Assembly (NCBI GenBank): GCA_963664395.2
Contig: OY761159.2
Span: 4,544,001-4,608,000, forward strand
Direction of reading: 5' to 3'
Source: Candidatus Binatia bacterium
GTDB taxonomy: Bacteria > Desulfobacterota > Binatia > Bin18
Length of the DNA: 64,000 nucleotides
Below, piece after piece: positions 29,116 through 38,729 of this stretch (positions within the stretch are counted from its first letter, which is position 1; each line of letters opens with the position of its first letter). The notes under the pieces are model-generated. The model was not told where the DNA came from, ran no database searches, and worked only from the letters and a program-made list of their open reading frames with translations. The translations under genes were made by a program, and so were the position numbers.

Positions 29116-32100
29116 TTACTCGATATCAGTGATGACAAAGTTCTGCTGGTTCTGCTGCCATTCCAGGGTCACCGTCTCGCCTGTCGTGGGGAAGTTCTCA
29201 ACGACACATTCCCCCGCAACGCCGCGCAGAAACTCCGCCCCCAGGGTCGTCACCCGCACCGTTGCTCGGCCCAACTCCACGCCATCCACGTAGGCCACGA
29301 CCGTATGTTCCCCATCCCCCAGCAAGTTCCAGTTGAACAACAACCCAAAGCCGTTGTCCGTGTCCCCACAGGCATCTTGGGTATCCAGTCGCTCCGTCCC
29401 ATACGCCGCCACCTGCCGCCCGGCGGTCCCAATCGCAAGCTCGACCGTCTCGGCCGCACACACCCAGCCCGACAGCACCCCAATCCCACTCTGGAACGAG
29501 TTCGGCCCCGGGTTCTCCAGATGCTCCACGCCCGCTGTCCCGGAACGATTCTCCCCGCTCGGACGGCTCCCCTCCGCAAGCACAAAGTTCTGGTTGTTTT
29601 GCTGCCATACGAGGGGCACCGTCTCCCCGACCAGGGGAAAGTCCTCGACGGGACAGCTTCCTGCCACATCTCGGAGAAACTCCGCGCCCAGCGTCGTCAC
29701 CGTCACCGTGGCCCGGTCCAGTTCGATGCCATCGACGAACGCCACGACTTCATGCTCCCCGTCGCCCAGCAGGTTCCAGTTGAACAGCAACCCAAAGCCG
29801 TTGTCACTGTCGCCGCACACCGGCTCGGTGTCCAGCCGCTCGGTCCCGTACGCCGCCTCGTGCACCACCCCGTTGAGCTCGAGCTCCACTGTGTCGGCGT
29901 CACACACCCAGCCCGAGAGGACACCGATGCCACTCTGAAACGAGTTGGAGCCTGGGTTCTCCAGAATGCCCGTGGGTTCCTCCAGAATGCCTGTGGGCTC
30001 CTCCGACGGCCCGCCACCGCCGCCCCGGCCGCCAGTCGTGACGGGCGCCCGCGGCACCACCTCAATCTGCGCCGGCACGCCGTTGCGCCCTTGGCCCTTC
30101 CTGCTGCCCTCCGTATCCAGGAAGTGGGCCACCGCCCGCACAAAGAAGGTGTAGGTCACCCCGTTTGTTACCCCCGGCACTGTCGTCCGGCACGGGTTAC
30201 AGTCGGGGGCAACCATCGCCGGATTCCAGTCTCCCTCCGTGTCCCCATAGTGGACCTTCCAGTAGTACGTGACGAGGGTGGCCTGTGGGTCGAGTTCAGC
30301 AGGAGGTTCCCAGATCAACGTCACCTGCCGGTCGCCCGGTATGGCGCGCAGGTTCTCCGGCACGTCCGGGGCGTCAAGGGGAAAAGTCATGGCGTTGACA
30401 TGGTCGCCGGCGGGCTCAGGGTTATCGACGCTGGAGTTGATCGCGAACACGCGGTAGGCGTAGGTCGTGCCGGGATTGAGGCCCGTGTGTTCGTAAGTGG
30501 TCGCCGTGTTGCCGGTATTGGCCTCAAGGTCGGTCCAGGTCGTGCCCCCGCCCTCGGACACCTGGATATTGTAGCCCGTGACGGGGCTATTACCTTCGTC
30601 GCCGGGGGGGTCCCAGGACAGATCGATTTGCGTTTTCCCGATTGCCGTGGGCTTCAGGTTCCTGGGCGCACTCGGGGTACCGTCTCCCGTCGGTAAGGTG
30701 GTGGTGGCGACTCCGGGGGCGGCGTTATCGACGCCCTCCGAGTTGATCGCGAACACGCGGTAGGCATAGGTCGTCCCGGGAGTGAGGCCGGTGTGTTCGT
30801 AGGTGGTGTCCGCGCTTCTCGTGTCCAAGACGAGGTCGGTCCAGGTCGTGCCCTCGTCGGTGGACACCTCGATCCTGTAGCCGGTGATGACGCGCCCGCC
30901 ATTGTCGGCCGGGGTGGTCCAGGTGAGGTCGATCCGGGTTGAGCCGTCGGCGGTCGCGATGAGGTTGGTCGGTGTGTCGGGGGACCTCGGCTGCACGGTG
31001 GAATTGTTGGTGACCGGTTGGTCGGTGAACGAGGCGGCGTCATTGCCCGCTTTGTCCTGAATGGCCATGGGGTCGTTGTTTGCGGTGGGATCTTCATAGC
31101 TGACCGTGACGGTCTGGCCCTCACGGATAAGGTTGACCAGAGCGATCTGAATCCTCTTGTCGTCGCCCGAGCCCAATGAGATGGGACAGAAAGGCTTGCA
31201 GGTAGATTCGTCGCGGAACTCGGCCTCCGCGTCGTCGACGGTGACGGTGATCGCAGAGGGCTCAGGGAGCGTGGTGGAGAGCGTCTCCAGGAATTCGAGT
31301 ATGACGTGGGTACCCGCCGTCGTCACAAGGGCGGAAACGAACTCGGTTACGTTGGCGACGTTGAGGGTCACTTCAGTGGTATCCGTGGTATCCGTGCCGC
31401 CCTTGCGGTCATCGGTCTTGACCGTCACCGCATAGCTCGTCGTCGCCTCGTGGTTGTAGGCCTCGCCGCCCTTGGTCTGAATCTGCCCGGTCTCCTCGAC
31501 GATGGTGAACTTGTCCGCGTCTACGCCTTCCAGGCTGTAGGTCAGCGTGTCGTTGTCCGGATCCGTGGCGGTGACCGGCTCGCCGATATCGGCTTCCGCT
31601 TGCACGGCCGCCTCGCTCACGGTCTCGGGGAAGCTCCGCCTCGTGGCGGCAGTCGCAAACACCGGTGGGGTATTGACCGTATCCCCGCTCCCGGGGGAGG
31701 ACCAGGCGCCGTCGCCATCGGTGTTGCTCGCCCGTACCTGCACCTGGTACGTCGCATTCCCATCGAGCCCCGTGATGCTCGTGCTCGTGCCGGTCACTTT
31801 CTGCGGACCGTCAGTGAAGTTCCCGCTGTTGCCCTTGCGGTATTGCAGGTCGTAGCTCGTAATCGCCGGGCGACCGGTGTTCGACGGCTCCGTCCACATC
31901 ACCTCCAGGGTCATCCTGACCCCCGGAGTCGCCGACACCGCTGGCGCCGCCGGCGCCAGCGGTTTCTCGGTCTCGACGTTGGTAACGGTGATGGTCACCG
32001 CGATCACGCCGGAGCCGCCAGTGGTGTCGGTGGCCTTGACCGTCACCGCATAGCTCTTATTCATCTCCGGCAGGGCCTCGTAGTCGTAGGACTGGCCCGC

Positions 32101-34464
32101 CTTGGTCGTGAGCTGCCCCCCGGAGGCCCCCGACACAATGCTGAACCTGTCCGCGTCCACGCCCTCCAGGGTGTAGGTGATCGTGTCGTTGTCCGGATCC
32201 GTGGCCATGAACGGCTCGCCGATATTGGCGTCGGACGTCTGGGTCGCCTCGCCCACCGTCTCGGGGATGCTGCGCGTCGCGGTGCTGTTCGTAAACACCG
32301 GCTGATTGTTGGCCGTCGACCCGCTCCCCGGCTCTGACCAGGCGCTGTCCCCGTCGGCGTTGGTCGCTCGCATCTGCACCTGATACTCCGAGTTCCCGTC
32401 GAGACTCGAGATGCTCGCGCGCGTGCCGGTCTGGTTCTGCGGCCCGTCGGTCCAGTCGGTTTCGGTGCTCTTCTTGTACTGCAGGTCGTAGCTCGTAATC
32501 GACGGCCGGCCGGTGTTGTTCGGCGCCGTCCAGGTCACGTCGAGGCTCGTCGTACTCCCCGGAGTCGTCGTGACCGTCGGCGCCACCGGCGTCAGCGGTA
32601 TCTCGGTCGCGTTCATGACGGTGATGGTCACCGCAATCGTGTCGCTCCCCGTGCCGTCACTCGCCCTGACCGTCACCGCATAGCTCGCCTTCGCCTCGCG
32701 GTCGTAGGCCTCACCGCGCTTGGTCCGGAGCTGCCCTGTCCCCGGGACGATGGTGAACTTGCCCGCGTCCGTGCCTTCGAGGCTGTACTCCAGCGTTTCC
32801 ATGTCGGCATCCATCGCAGTGACCGGCGCGCCCACGTCGCCCGCCGTCTGCACGGTTGTATCGCCCACCGTCTCGGCGATACTGCGCGTCGCGGTGCTGT
32901 TCGTAAACACCGGCGCATTGTTGGCCGTCCGGCCACTCCCCGGGGGGGATGACCAGTCGCTGTCCCCGGCGGCGTTGGTGGCTCGCACCTGGACCTGATA
33001 CGCCGAATTCGCATCGAGGCTCGCGATGCTCGCGCGCGGGCCGGGCACGTTCTGCGGCCCGTTGGTCCAGGTGCCGCTGGTGCCCTTGCGGTACTGCAGG
33101 TCGTACCCCGTGATCGCCGGGCGGCCCGTGTTCGACGGCGCTGTCCAGGTCACGTCGAGGCTCCTCGGGCTCCCCGCAGTCGCCGACACCATCGGCGCCA
33201 CCGGCGTCAGCGGTCTCTCGGTCTCGTTCGTGACGGTGATGGTCACCGCAATGGTATCCGTGCCGCCCTCGCCGTCATCGGCCTTGAGCGTCACCGTATA
33301 GCTCGTCCTCGTCTCGTAGTCGTAGGACTGGCCCGCCTTGGTCGTGAGCTGCCCCCCGGAGGGCCCCGACATAATTCTGAACTTGCCCGCGTCCGTCCCT
33401 TCCAGGGTATAGGTCAGCGTATCGGTGGTGTCGGCATCCATCGCGGTGACCGGCGCGCCGATAGTGGCGGCCGTCTGCACCGTCCTCGCGGCGAACGTCT
33501 CGGGGATACTGCGCGTCGCGGTGCTGCTCGCAAACACCGGCGGGGCGTTGGTGTTGTTGGTCACACTCTCGTTCATCAGCGCCGCCGCGTCGTTGCCGAC
33601 AGTGTCCTGCACCGGGTTGCTTCCCGGCACGGTGTAGGTCACCGTCACGGTTTGCTCGGCGGTCACCGCCGTCCCCAGCGTCAGGGTGACCGTCATGCCG
33701 CTCACGTCCACGCTCGACGGCGCCACGCCGGTCCCCCCGGCCACGGACACCGAGTAGTCGCTCGTCGCCGGCTCCGAGCTCGTGTCCAGCGCTTCGTCGT
33801 AGGTCAGCACCAGGGACGTCCCGTCCACCGTCGCCGTGCTCAGCGTCGGTACGGTGGTGTCGGTGCCGACGGTGCCGTTGATCTGTATACGCAACGGGCG
33901 TATAAAGGTCGGGTCATCCGGCTTCCAGCTTGCGTTGCTATGCTTCCTCTTGTGTTTCAGGTCAGCGAGGCTCCATCCGCTGGCTCCGCCGTCCTCCTCG
34001 GCGCCGTTTAACACCCACGCAATGCCATAATAACTGAAGTCAAAGTCTGACGGCGCCGGCTCGCCGACGCCGACGTTCTCAAACACGACGAAATAATCCG
34101 TGTCCGCATCAAGGGTCGCATTGGCGGCGGCGGTGAAGGTATTCTTCCCCTCTTCGCAAGACGTAAATTCAGGACCCCAGCCGGCGTGGACAAGCGGCGA
34201 CGGGTTGGGCAGCATGTGCAGGCTCGTCCCGAGATTGCCGTCCGGGCCGACCGTGGGATTGCCGTCCGGGCCGACCGTGTGGATGCTTACCTGCGGCGTG
34301 GCGTATTCGCCTATGAAAATGAGACAGGTGTCAACCGACGTAATCGTGTACCCGCCTGCGGCGGAGCCTGTCGTGAATTTCTGCGCAGCCGCGACCCCGC
34401 CCTCATTGAATTCATCCTCGGGGAAGTCTACGCCGAAATATTCAAGCGGGTACTGGTGCGTCAA
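29116..34464 (-). CDS. Giant modular surface protein (SwmB-like, cadherin-like and FN3 repeats, two C-terminal Cys-domain copies); main ORF separated from its signal peptide by a frameshift
   Basis: PTLSTATVDGTSLVLTYDEALD (SwmB-like), repeated APVF...IGAPVTA.D.D...Y.LEG.DA..F (cadherin-like) and W.AP.NTGRP.IT.YDLQY (FN3) units, then ENPG.NSFQSGIG twice. Confidence 0.88.
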   Translation of the reverse strand: MTHQYPLEYFGVDFPEDEFNEGGVAAAQKFTTGSAAGGYTITSVDTCLIFIGEYATPQVSIHTVGPDGNPTVGPDGNLGTSLHMLPNPSPLVHAGWGPEFTSCEEGKNTFTAAANATLDADTDYFVVFENVGVGEPAPSDFDFSYYGIAWVLNGAEEDGGASGWSLADLKHKRKHSNASWKPDDPTFIRPLRIQINGTVGTDTTVPTLSTATVDGTSLVLTYDEALDTSSEPATSDYSVSVAGGTGVAPSSVDVSGMTVTLTLGTAVTAEQTVTVTYTVPGSNPVQDTVGNDAAALMNESVTNNTNAPPVFASSTATRSIPETFAARTVQTAATIGAPVTAMDADTTDTLTYTLEGTDAGKFRIMSGPSGGQLTTKAGQSYDYETRTSYTVTLKADDGEGGTDTIAVTITVTNETERPLTPVAPMVSATAGSPRSLDVTWTAPSNTGRPAITGYDLQYRKGTSGTWTNGPQNVPGPRASIASLDANSAYQVQVRATNAAGDSDWSSPPGSGRTANNAPVFTNSTATRSIAETVGDTTVQTAGDVGAPVTAMDADMETLEYSLEGTDAGKFTIVPGTGQLRTKRGEAYDREAKASYAVTVRASDGTGSDTIAVTITVMNATEIPLTPVAPTVTTTPGSTTSLDVTWTAPNNTGRPSITSYDLQYKKSTETDWTDGPQNQTGTRASISSLDGNSEYQVQMRATNADGDSAWSEPGSGSTANNQPVFTNSTATRSIPETVGEATQTSDANIGEPFMATDPDNDTITYTLEGVDADRFSIVSGASGGQLTTKAGQSYDYEALPEMNKSYAVTVKATDTTGGSGVIAVTITVTNVETEKPLAPAAPAVSATPGVRMTLEVMWTEPSNTGRPAITSYDLQYRKGNSGNFTDGPQKVTGTSTSITGLDGNATYQVQVRASNTDGDGAWSSPGSGDTVNTPPVFATAATRRSFPETVSEAAVQAEADIGEPVTATDPDNDTLTYSLEGVDADKFTIVEETGQIQTKGGEAYNHEATTSYAVTVKTDDRKGGTDTTDTTEVTLNVANVTEFVSALVTTAGTHVILEFLETLSTTLPEPSAITVTVDDAEAEFRDESTCKPFCPISLGSGDDKRIQIALVNLIREGQTVTVSYEDPTANNDPMAIQDKAGNDAASFTDQPVTNNSTVQPRSPDTPTNLIATADGSTRIDLTWTTPADNGGRVITGYRIEVSTDEGTTWTDLVLDTRSADTTYEHTGLTPGTTYAYRVFAINSEGVDNAAPGVATTTLPTGDGTPSAPRNLKPTAIGKTQIDLSWDPPGDEGNSPVTGYNIQVSEGGGTTWTDLEANTGNTATTYEHTGLNPGTTYAYRVFAINSSVDNPEPAGDHVNAMTFPLDAPDVPENLRAIPGDRQVTLIWEPPAELDPQATLVTYYWKVHYGDTEGDWNPAMVAPDCNPCRTTVPGVTNGVTYTFFVRAVAHFLDTEGSRKGQGRNGVPAQIEVVPRAPVTTGGRGGGGGPSEEPTGILEEPTGILENPGSNSFQSGIGVLSGWVCDADTVELELNGVVHEAAYGTERLDTEPVCGDSDNGFGLLFNWNLLGDGEHEVVAFVDGIELDRATVTVTTLGAEFLRDVAGSCPVEDFPLVGETVPLVWQQNNQNFVLAEGSRPSGENRSGTAGVEHLENPGPNSFQSGIGVLSGWVCAAETVELAIGTAGRQVAAYGTERLDTQDACGDTDNGFGLLFNWNLLGDGEHTVVAYVDGVELGRATVRVTTLGAEFLRGVAGECVVENFPTTGETVTLEWQQNQQNFVITDIE

Positions 34465-34717
34465 GGAGTGTGGTCAGATTGCTGACAAGCTTGTCGGCAC
34501 GCGCCTCTCCGGCGCCGCCCGCCAGGACGGTGACAAGCAGCAGCAGCCCGGCCAGGGCGCGGCGCATCAGGCGCACTCTGGGGGGGAGTTGGGGAACGTA
34601 TCGCACTATGCGTTGTTGGGAATCCTGGCCTTGCATCGCTCTCCTCCATCTGTACCGCTCATCCGCCCGCCCCCCGACGCCGCGCCGGAGCGAAAAATAG
34701 TGTGGGGGGAAGTCCAT
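34442..34717 (-). pseudogene. Out-of-frame 5' segment (signal peptide) of the giant surface protein
   Basis: MRRALAGLLLLVTVLAGGAGEARA|DKLVSNL is a Sec signal plus mature start, one frame off the 1782-aa ORF at ctgACCACACtcc (~34467-34477). Confidence 0.7.
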
Positions 34718-34788
34718 GTGTTTTCCTGGTTAGAATTTTTCAAACTGTGACTCGACTCATCGTGGGTTGAGAAGAGCCCTCTATCCTG

Positions 34789-34868
34789 CTACCCCATTCC
34801 GCTCCCCCTGTCCCCTCCAAAATGGGAGGAATTTTCACCAAACACTACCGGGGGCGGCGTACCAATTC
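34789..34868 (-). promoter_or_regulatory. Conserved upstream element of surface-protein genes, copy 1
   Basis: Aligns over ~80 bp with 61717-61795; exact 16-mer ATTCCTCCCATTTTGG; contains a CCTCC-N6-GGAGG dyad. Confidence 0.65.
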
Positions 34869-35019
34869 AGACGACGCCGCCGAGCGGGCGGGCGGGGAAA
34901 CGAGGCGGCGCGGGCGGGCCAGAACGGGGAGGAAAAGGCCATGCCAGCCCCTGCTAATTCTCGACTTGTGACCTGCCGGTGTGATAATCTCCGTCTGGCC
35001 TGAGCCAAAGGGGGAACGC

Positions 35020-35325
35020 ATGCATACCGTCTACAAGATCAGCGCGGACGACCAGGACGTGGTCGAAGAGTTCAACGCCAAGCCGATTGGCCATCACAGT
35101 CCCGCTTTACAGCGCGTGCTGAACGTCATTCGCGGCCAGCCGGTCCGGGATAAATATGTGCTCATCTGCACCAAACCACATAAGGAGTGGACGATTGGTC
35201 AGCTCACCGGTGAACGCGGTAAGCCGGTCAGAATTTTCAAGAATCAGGTCTTCAGCACGGTTGAAGATGCGGAGCGGGAAATCTTTCGGCGTCGGTGGAA
35301 TTTGCATACCGGAACGAAAGGCTGA
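35020..35325 (+). CDS. N,N-dimethylformamidase small subunit-like protein
   Basis: EEF.AKPIGHHSPALQRVLN, KYVLIC.KPHKEW, EDAEREIFRRRW; immediately upstream of the large subunit. Confidence 0.8.
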   Translation: MHTVYKISADDQDVVEEFNAKPIGHHSPALQRVLNVIRGQPVRDKYVLICTKPHKEWTIGQLTGERGKPVRIFKNQVFSTVEDAEREIFRRRWNLHTGTKG

Positions 35326-35358
35326 TCGGACGGAAGCCTACCAACAAAAGGAAGACGT

Positions 35359-37596
35359 ATGAAAATTACTGGCTATGCCGACAAAATCAGCGCGCGCCCC
35401 GGTGAAACCATTCGGTTCATGGTGAACTGCGAACGACCACGCTACCGGGCCGACATCGTTCGTCTGGTCTGCGGCGATCTGAATCCCGAGGGTCCGGGAA
35501 TCAGAGAACAGGTCGTGCCAACACCGGCCAATACATCGTATAAGGGCCGTCCCCAGACGATCGAATCCGGCTCGTATGTATTGATCCCGAACAGCCCGCT
35601 GCTACAGAACCTCAAGAGCTTTACCGTCCAGGCCATGCTGTGGCCGACCACGCCGGACAGCGGCACCCAGGCCATTGTGTCGAAGTGGCAGGATCGGCGG
35701 CGGTCGGGCTTTGCGCTGGTGATTCGGGCCGGACGGCCGGCCCTTCAGCTAGGAGACGGGAAAGGCAATGTCGAGGTCGTGAGCACCACCAAACCACTCC
35801 TCGCCCGGCAGTGGTATTTTGTGGCGGCGAGTTATGACGCGGAAACCCGGCGGGTCACGCTGTATCAAGAACCCCAGACCGACTATCCCACGGTCTCGGA
35901 CGCGGCCTGCGTCCGGAAAAAAACCCAGCTCGCCCAAATGGGCTCCAACCAGGCCGGGCTGATGTTTGCCGCGCTACGGACAGGTTCAGGTCAAGGCAAG
36001 CTCGACTATAAATTCAACGGCAAAATAGACAGCCCGCGCCTGGCCAACCGCGTCCTGGATCGGTCTGAGATGGAACGACTGAAGAGCGGCGTCCCGGCCC
36101 ATCTCCAGGAGAGCGTGGTCGGTGCTTGGGATTTTTCCCAGGATATCAGTGCGACCACGGTGACCGATATTTCTCCCAATCGACTGCACGGTGAGACCGT
36201 CAACATGCCGGCGCGGGGCATGAAGGGTTATAACTGGAGCGGCGAGAGCATGGACTGGAAACAGGCGCCGGAACAGTACGGGGCGATCCATTTCCACGAT
36301 GACGATGTGTATGACGCCGGCTGGGAGGTCGATTTTTCGCTGACCGTTCCAGCGGAGCTCAAGAGCGGCCTGTACGCCGCCCGGCTGCGTTCAGGAACCG
36401 AGGAGGATTATATTCCGTTTGTCGTCAAACCGACCAAAGGCAAGGAAAAAAAGCTGGCCTTTCTGCTCCCCACCGCCAGCTATATGGCCTATGCCAACGA
36501 ACATATGGCGACCAACGCCGGCATGATGGAGCTACTCAGCGGTCGCCTGGCTCCACTCGATAGGAACAGTCTGTTTCTCAACGAACACCGCGAGTATGGC
36601 GGCTCGTGCTATGACTCGCACTCGGACGGCTCGGGCGTGTGTTATTCGTCCCGCCTGCGGCCCATTCTGAATATGCGGCCCAAGCATATGTCCGCGCTGG
36701 GCGGGGACGGATCGTCCTTGTGGCAGTTTAATGCGGACACCCATATTACCGACTGGCTTGAGGCCCAGGGTTATGACTTTGATGTGATTACCGATGAAGA
36801 TTTGCACTATGAAGGGCTCGCCCTGCTGAAGCCTTACCAGGTGATTCTGTCCGGCACCCATCCGGAATACCACTCTCTCCAGATGTGGGACGCGATGAAA
36901 GCCTACCAGAATCAGGGCGGTCGGCTGATGTATATGGGTGCCAACGGCTGGTATTGGCGGGTGGCCTTTCATCCCGACTGTCCCGGTCTCATGGAAGTGC
37001 GGCGCAACGAGGGCGGCATTCGGACCTGGGCCGCCGAGCCGGGCGAGTACTATCACAGCTTTACGGGTGAATACGGCGGCCTGTGGCGCAATCAGGGCCG
37101 CGCCCCCCAGGTCATGCTGGGCACGGGGTTCAGCGCCCAAGGCTTTGACATTTCAGCGCCGTATCACCGCCTGCCGGACAGTTTTCAGGCGCGGGCGGCT
37201 TTCATTTTTGCAGGCATAGGCAAAGACGAGGTCATTGGCGATTTCGGTCTGATCGGCGGCGGAGCCGCAGGCCTGGAGATAGACCGGGCGGACGAGCGCT
37301 TAGGCACCCCTCCGCACGCCCTGGTGCTGGCAACCTCCCAGGGCGGTCACACGGATATCTATCTGGTCGTGTGTGAGGAATTACTGGTCACTACACCGGG
37401 CTTGGGCGGGACCGAGAACGAACTGGTCCGGGCCGACATGGTGTTCTATGAAACCCCGAGCGGCGGGGCCGTATGGTCGTCGAGCTCGATTGCCTGGGCC
37501 GGCAGTCTGTCACACAATAGTTACGACAATAATGTTTCGCACATTACGCACAACGTGCTCAAGCGTTTTCTTGATCCGCAACCGTTCGTGCAGTGA
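35359..37596 (+). CDS. N,N-dimethylformamidase large subunit family protein (with LamG-like domain)
   Basis: GYADKISARPGE, AIHFHDDD, PTASYMAYAN, SCYDSHSDG, HPEY, MYMGANG, AAGLEID. Confidence 0.92.
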   Translation: MKITGYADKISARPGETIRFMVNCERPRYRADIVRLVCGDLNPEGPGIREQVVPTPANTSYKGRPQTIESGSYVLIPNSPLLQNLKSFTVQAMLWPTTPDSGTQAIVSKWQDRRRSGFALVIRAGRPALQLGDGKGNVEVVSTTKPLLARQWYFVAASYDAETRRVTLYQEPQTDYPTVSDAACVRKKTQLAQMGSNQAGLMFAALRTGSGQGKLDYKFNGKIDSPRLANRVLDRSEMERLKSGVPAHLQESVVGAWDFSQDISATTVTDISPNRLHGETVNMPARGMKGYNWSGESMDWKQAPEQYGAIHFHDDDVYDAGWEVDFSLTVPAELKSGLYAARLRSGTEEDYIPFVVKPTKGKEKKLAFLLPTASYMAYANEHMATNAGMMELLSGRLAPLDRNSLFLNEHREYGGSCYDSHSDGSGVCYSSRLRPILNMRPKHMSALGGDGSSLWQFNADTHITDWLEAQGYDFDVITDEDLHYEGLALLKPYQVILSGTHPEYHSLQMWDAMKAYQNQGGRLMYMGANGWYWRVAFHPDCPGLMEVRRNEGGIRTWAAEPGEYYHSFTGEYGGLWRNQGRAPQVMLGTGFSAQGFDISAPYHRLPDSFQARAAFIFAGIGKDEVIGDFGLIGGGAAGLEIDRADERLGTPPHALVLATSQGGHTDIYLVVCEELLVTTPGLGGTENELVRADMVFYETPSGGAVWSSSSIAWAGSLSHNSYDNNVSHITHNVLKRFLDPQPFVQ

Positions 37597-37640
37597 CGCG
37601 GGGTCAGGGGAGCGGTCCAGTGAACGGTCGAAGGAGCAGT

Positions 37641-38672
37641 ATGCCGACAGCTCAAGACAAACACGAAATACAGGCAGCCTATGCGGTCCCGGGTGAAGAG
37701 ATTCCTGTCATGGATATTGGCCCCTATTTGGCCGGAGCGCCGGGTGCGGCCGAGGCGGCTGCCGGGGAAATGCGGTATGCCCTGGAACAGATCGGTTTCT
37801 TTTTTATTGTCAATCATGGCCTGCCGGCCGCCCTGCGTGAGCGGGTGATAGCAGCCAGCGCTCACTTTTATGCACTCCCCCTTGAACAGAAAATGGGGCT
37901 CAAGATTAATCATGCCGGCGTTGGCTATATTCCCCATCGCGGTGAGTTTGGCAAGCACTCGCGCTATTACACCGGGCAAAAGAAACCCGATGTGAGTGAA
38001 GCCTTTCTGCTGCAACGGGATTGGCCGCCCTGCCCGGCTCGGAATCGTAACCAATGGCCTGAAGGAGAAGGCGAATTTCAACACGCCATGCGGGAGTACT
38101 TTGATGCCGCAACGGCCTTGAGTCAGCGTATGCTGCCCCTGTATGCGTGCGCGCTCGATTTGGCACCGGACTTTTTTCTGGACAAATTTCCGACCGACCG
38201 CGCCTTGAATGTGCTGCGCATTTCCCATATGCCGCCCGACCCGCTTCAAGACAATGAGTTTAATATCTGTCCGCACAGCGATGGCTCGTTTGCCACCTTG
38301 CTCGCGACCTCGGACCAGCCCGGTCTGGAAATCCTGTCGCAGACGGGCCGCTGGATCAAAGCCCCGCTGATCCCGGATGCTTTTGTCGTCAACTCGGGCG
38401 ATCTCCTCACGCGTTGGTCAAACGGACGGTTTCTCTCAACCCCCCATCGCGTACGCAATGTATCGGGGACTCACCGCTATTCTACCTCGTTTTTCTTTCA
38501 GCCTACCGCAGAAACACTCATTGACTGTTTGCCAACCTGCTGCGGACCGGATAATCCGCCGAAAAAGCCGCCGATTACGTGTGGGGCGTATATGAAGAAA
38601 TTTCTGGAGGCGAGCTTCGCTTTGGGTGACAGCATGTACACTGCGGAGGGCGAGCTTGTTTCCGCCTCTTGA
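37641..38672 (+). CDS. Isopenicillin N synthase-family 2OG-Fe(II) dioxygenase, paralog 1
   Basis: IGFFFIVNHG, HSD...H facial triad (PHSD, TPHRV), RYS motif; RBS AAGGAG. Confidence 0.9.
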   Translation: MPTAQDKHEIQAAYAVPGEEIPVMDIGPYLAGAPGAAEAAAGEMRYALEQIGFFFIVNHGLPAALRERVIAASAHFYALPLEQKMGLKINHAGVGYIPHRGEFGKHSRYYTGQKKPDVSEAFLLQRDWPPCPARNRNQWPEGEGEFQHAMREYFDAATALSQRMLPLYACALDLAPDFFLDKFPTDRALNVLRISHMPPDPLQDNEFNICPHSDGSFATLLATSDQPGLEILSQTGRWIKAPLIPDAFVVNSGDLLTRWSNGRFLSTPHRVRNVSGTHRYSTSFFFQPTAETLIDCLPTCCGPDNPPKKPPITCGAYMKKFLEASFALGDSMYTAEGELVSAS

Positions 38673-38729
38673 GCAAACCCCAACTTTGTTACACCCTATC
38701 GTTTTCAGACTGTCTTTTTGGAGGGGATT

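Noticed and set aside
29098-30696. 532-aa plus-strand ORF and similar long antisense ORFs (18342-19346, 26903-27856, 31306-32337, 40115-41017, 48731-49807)
   Set aside because: Shadow ORFs opposite well-supported genes in GC-rich DNA, with no recognisable motifs
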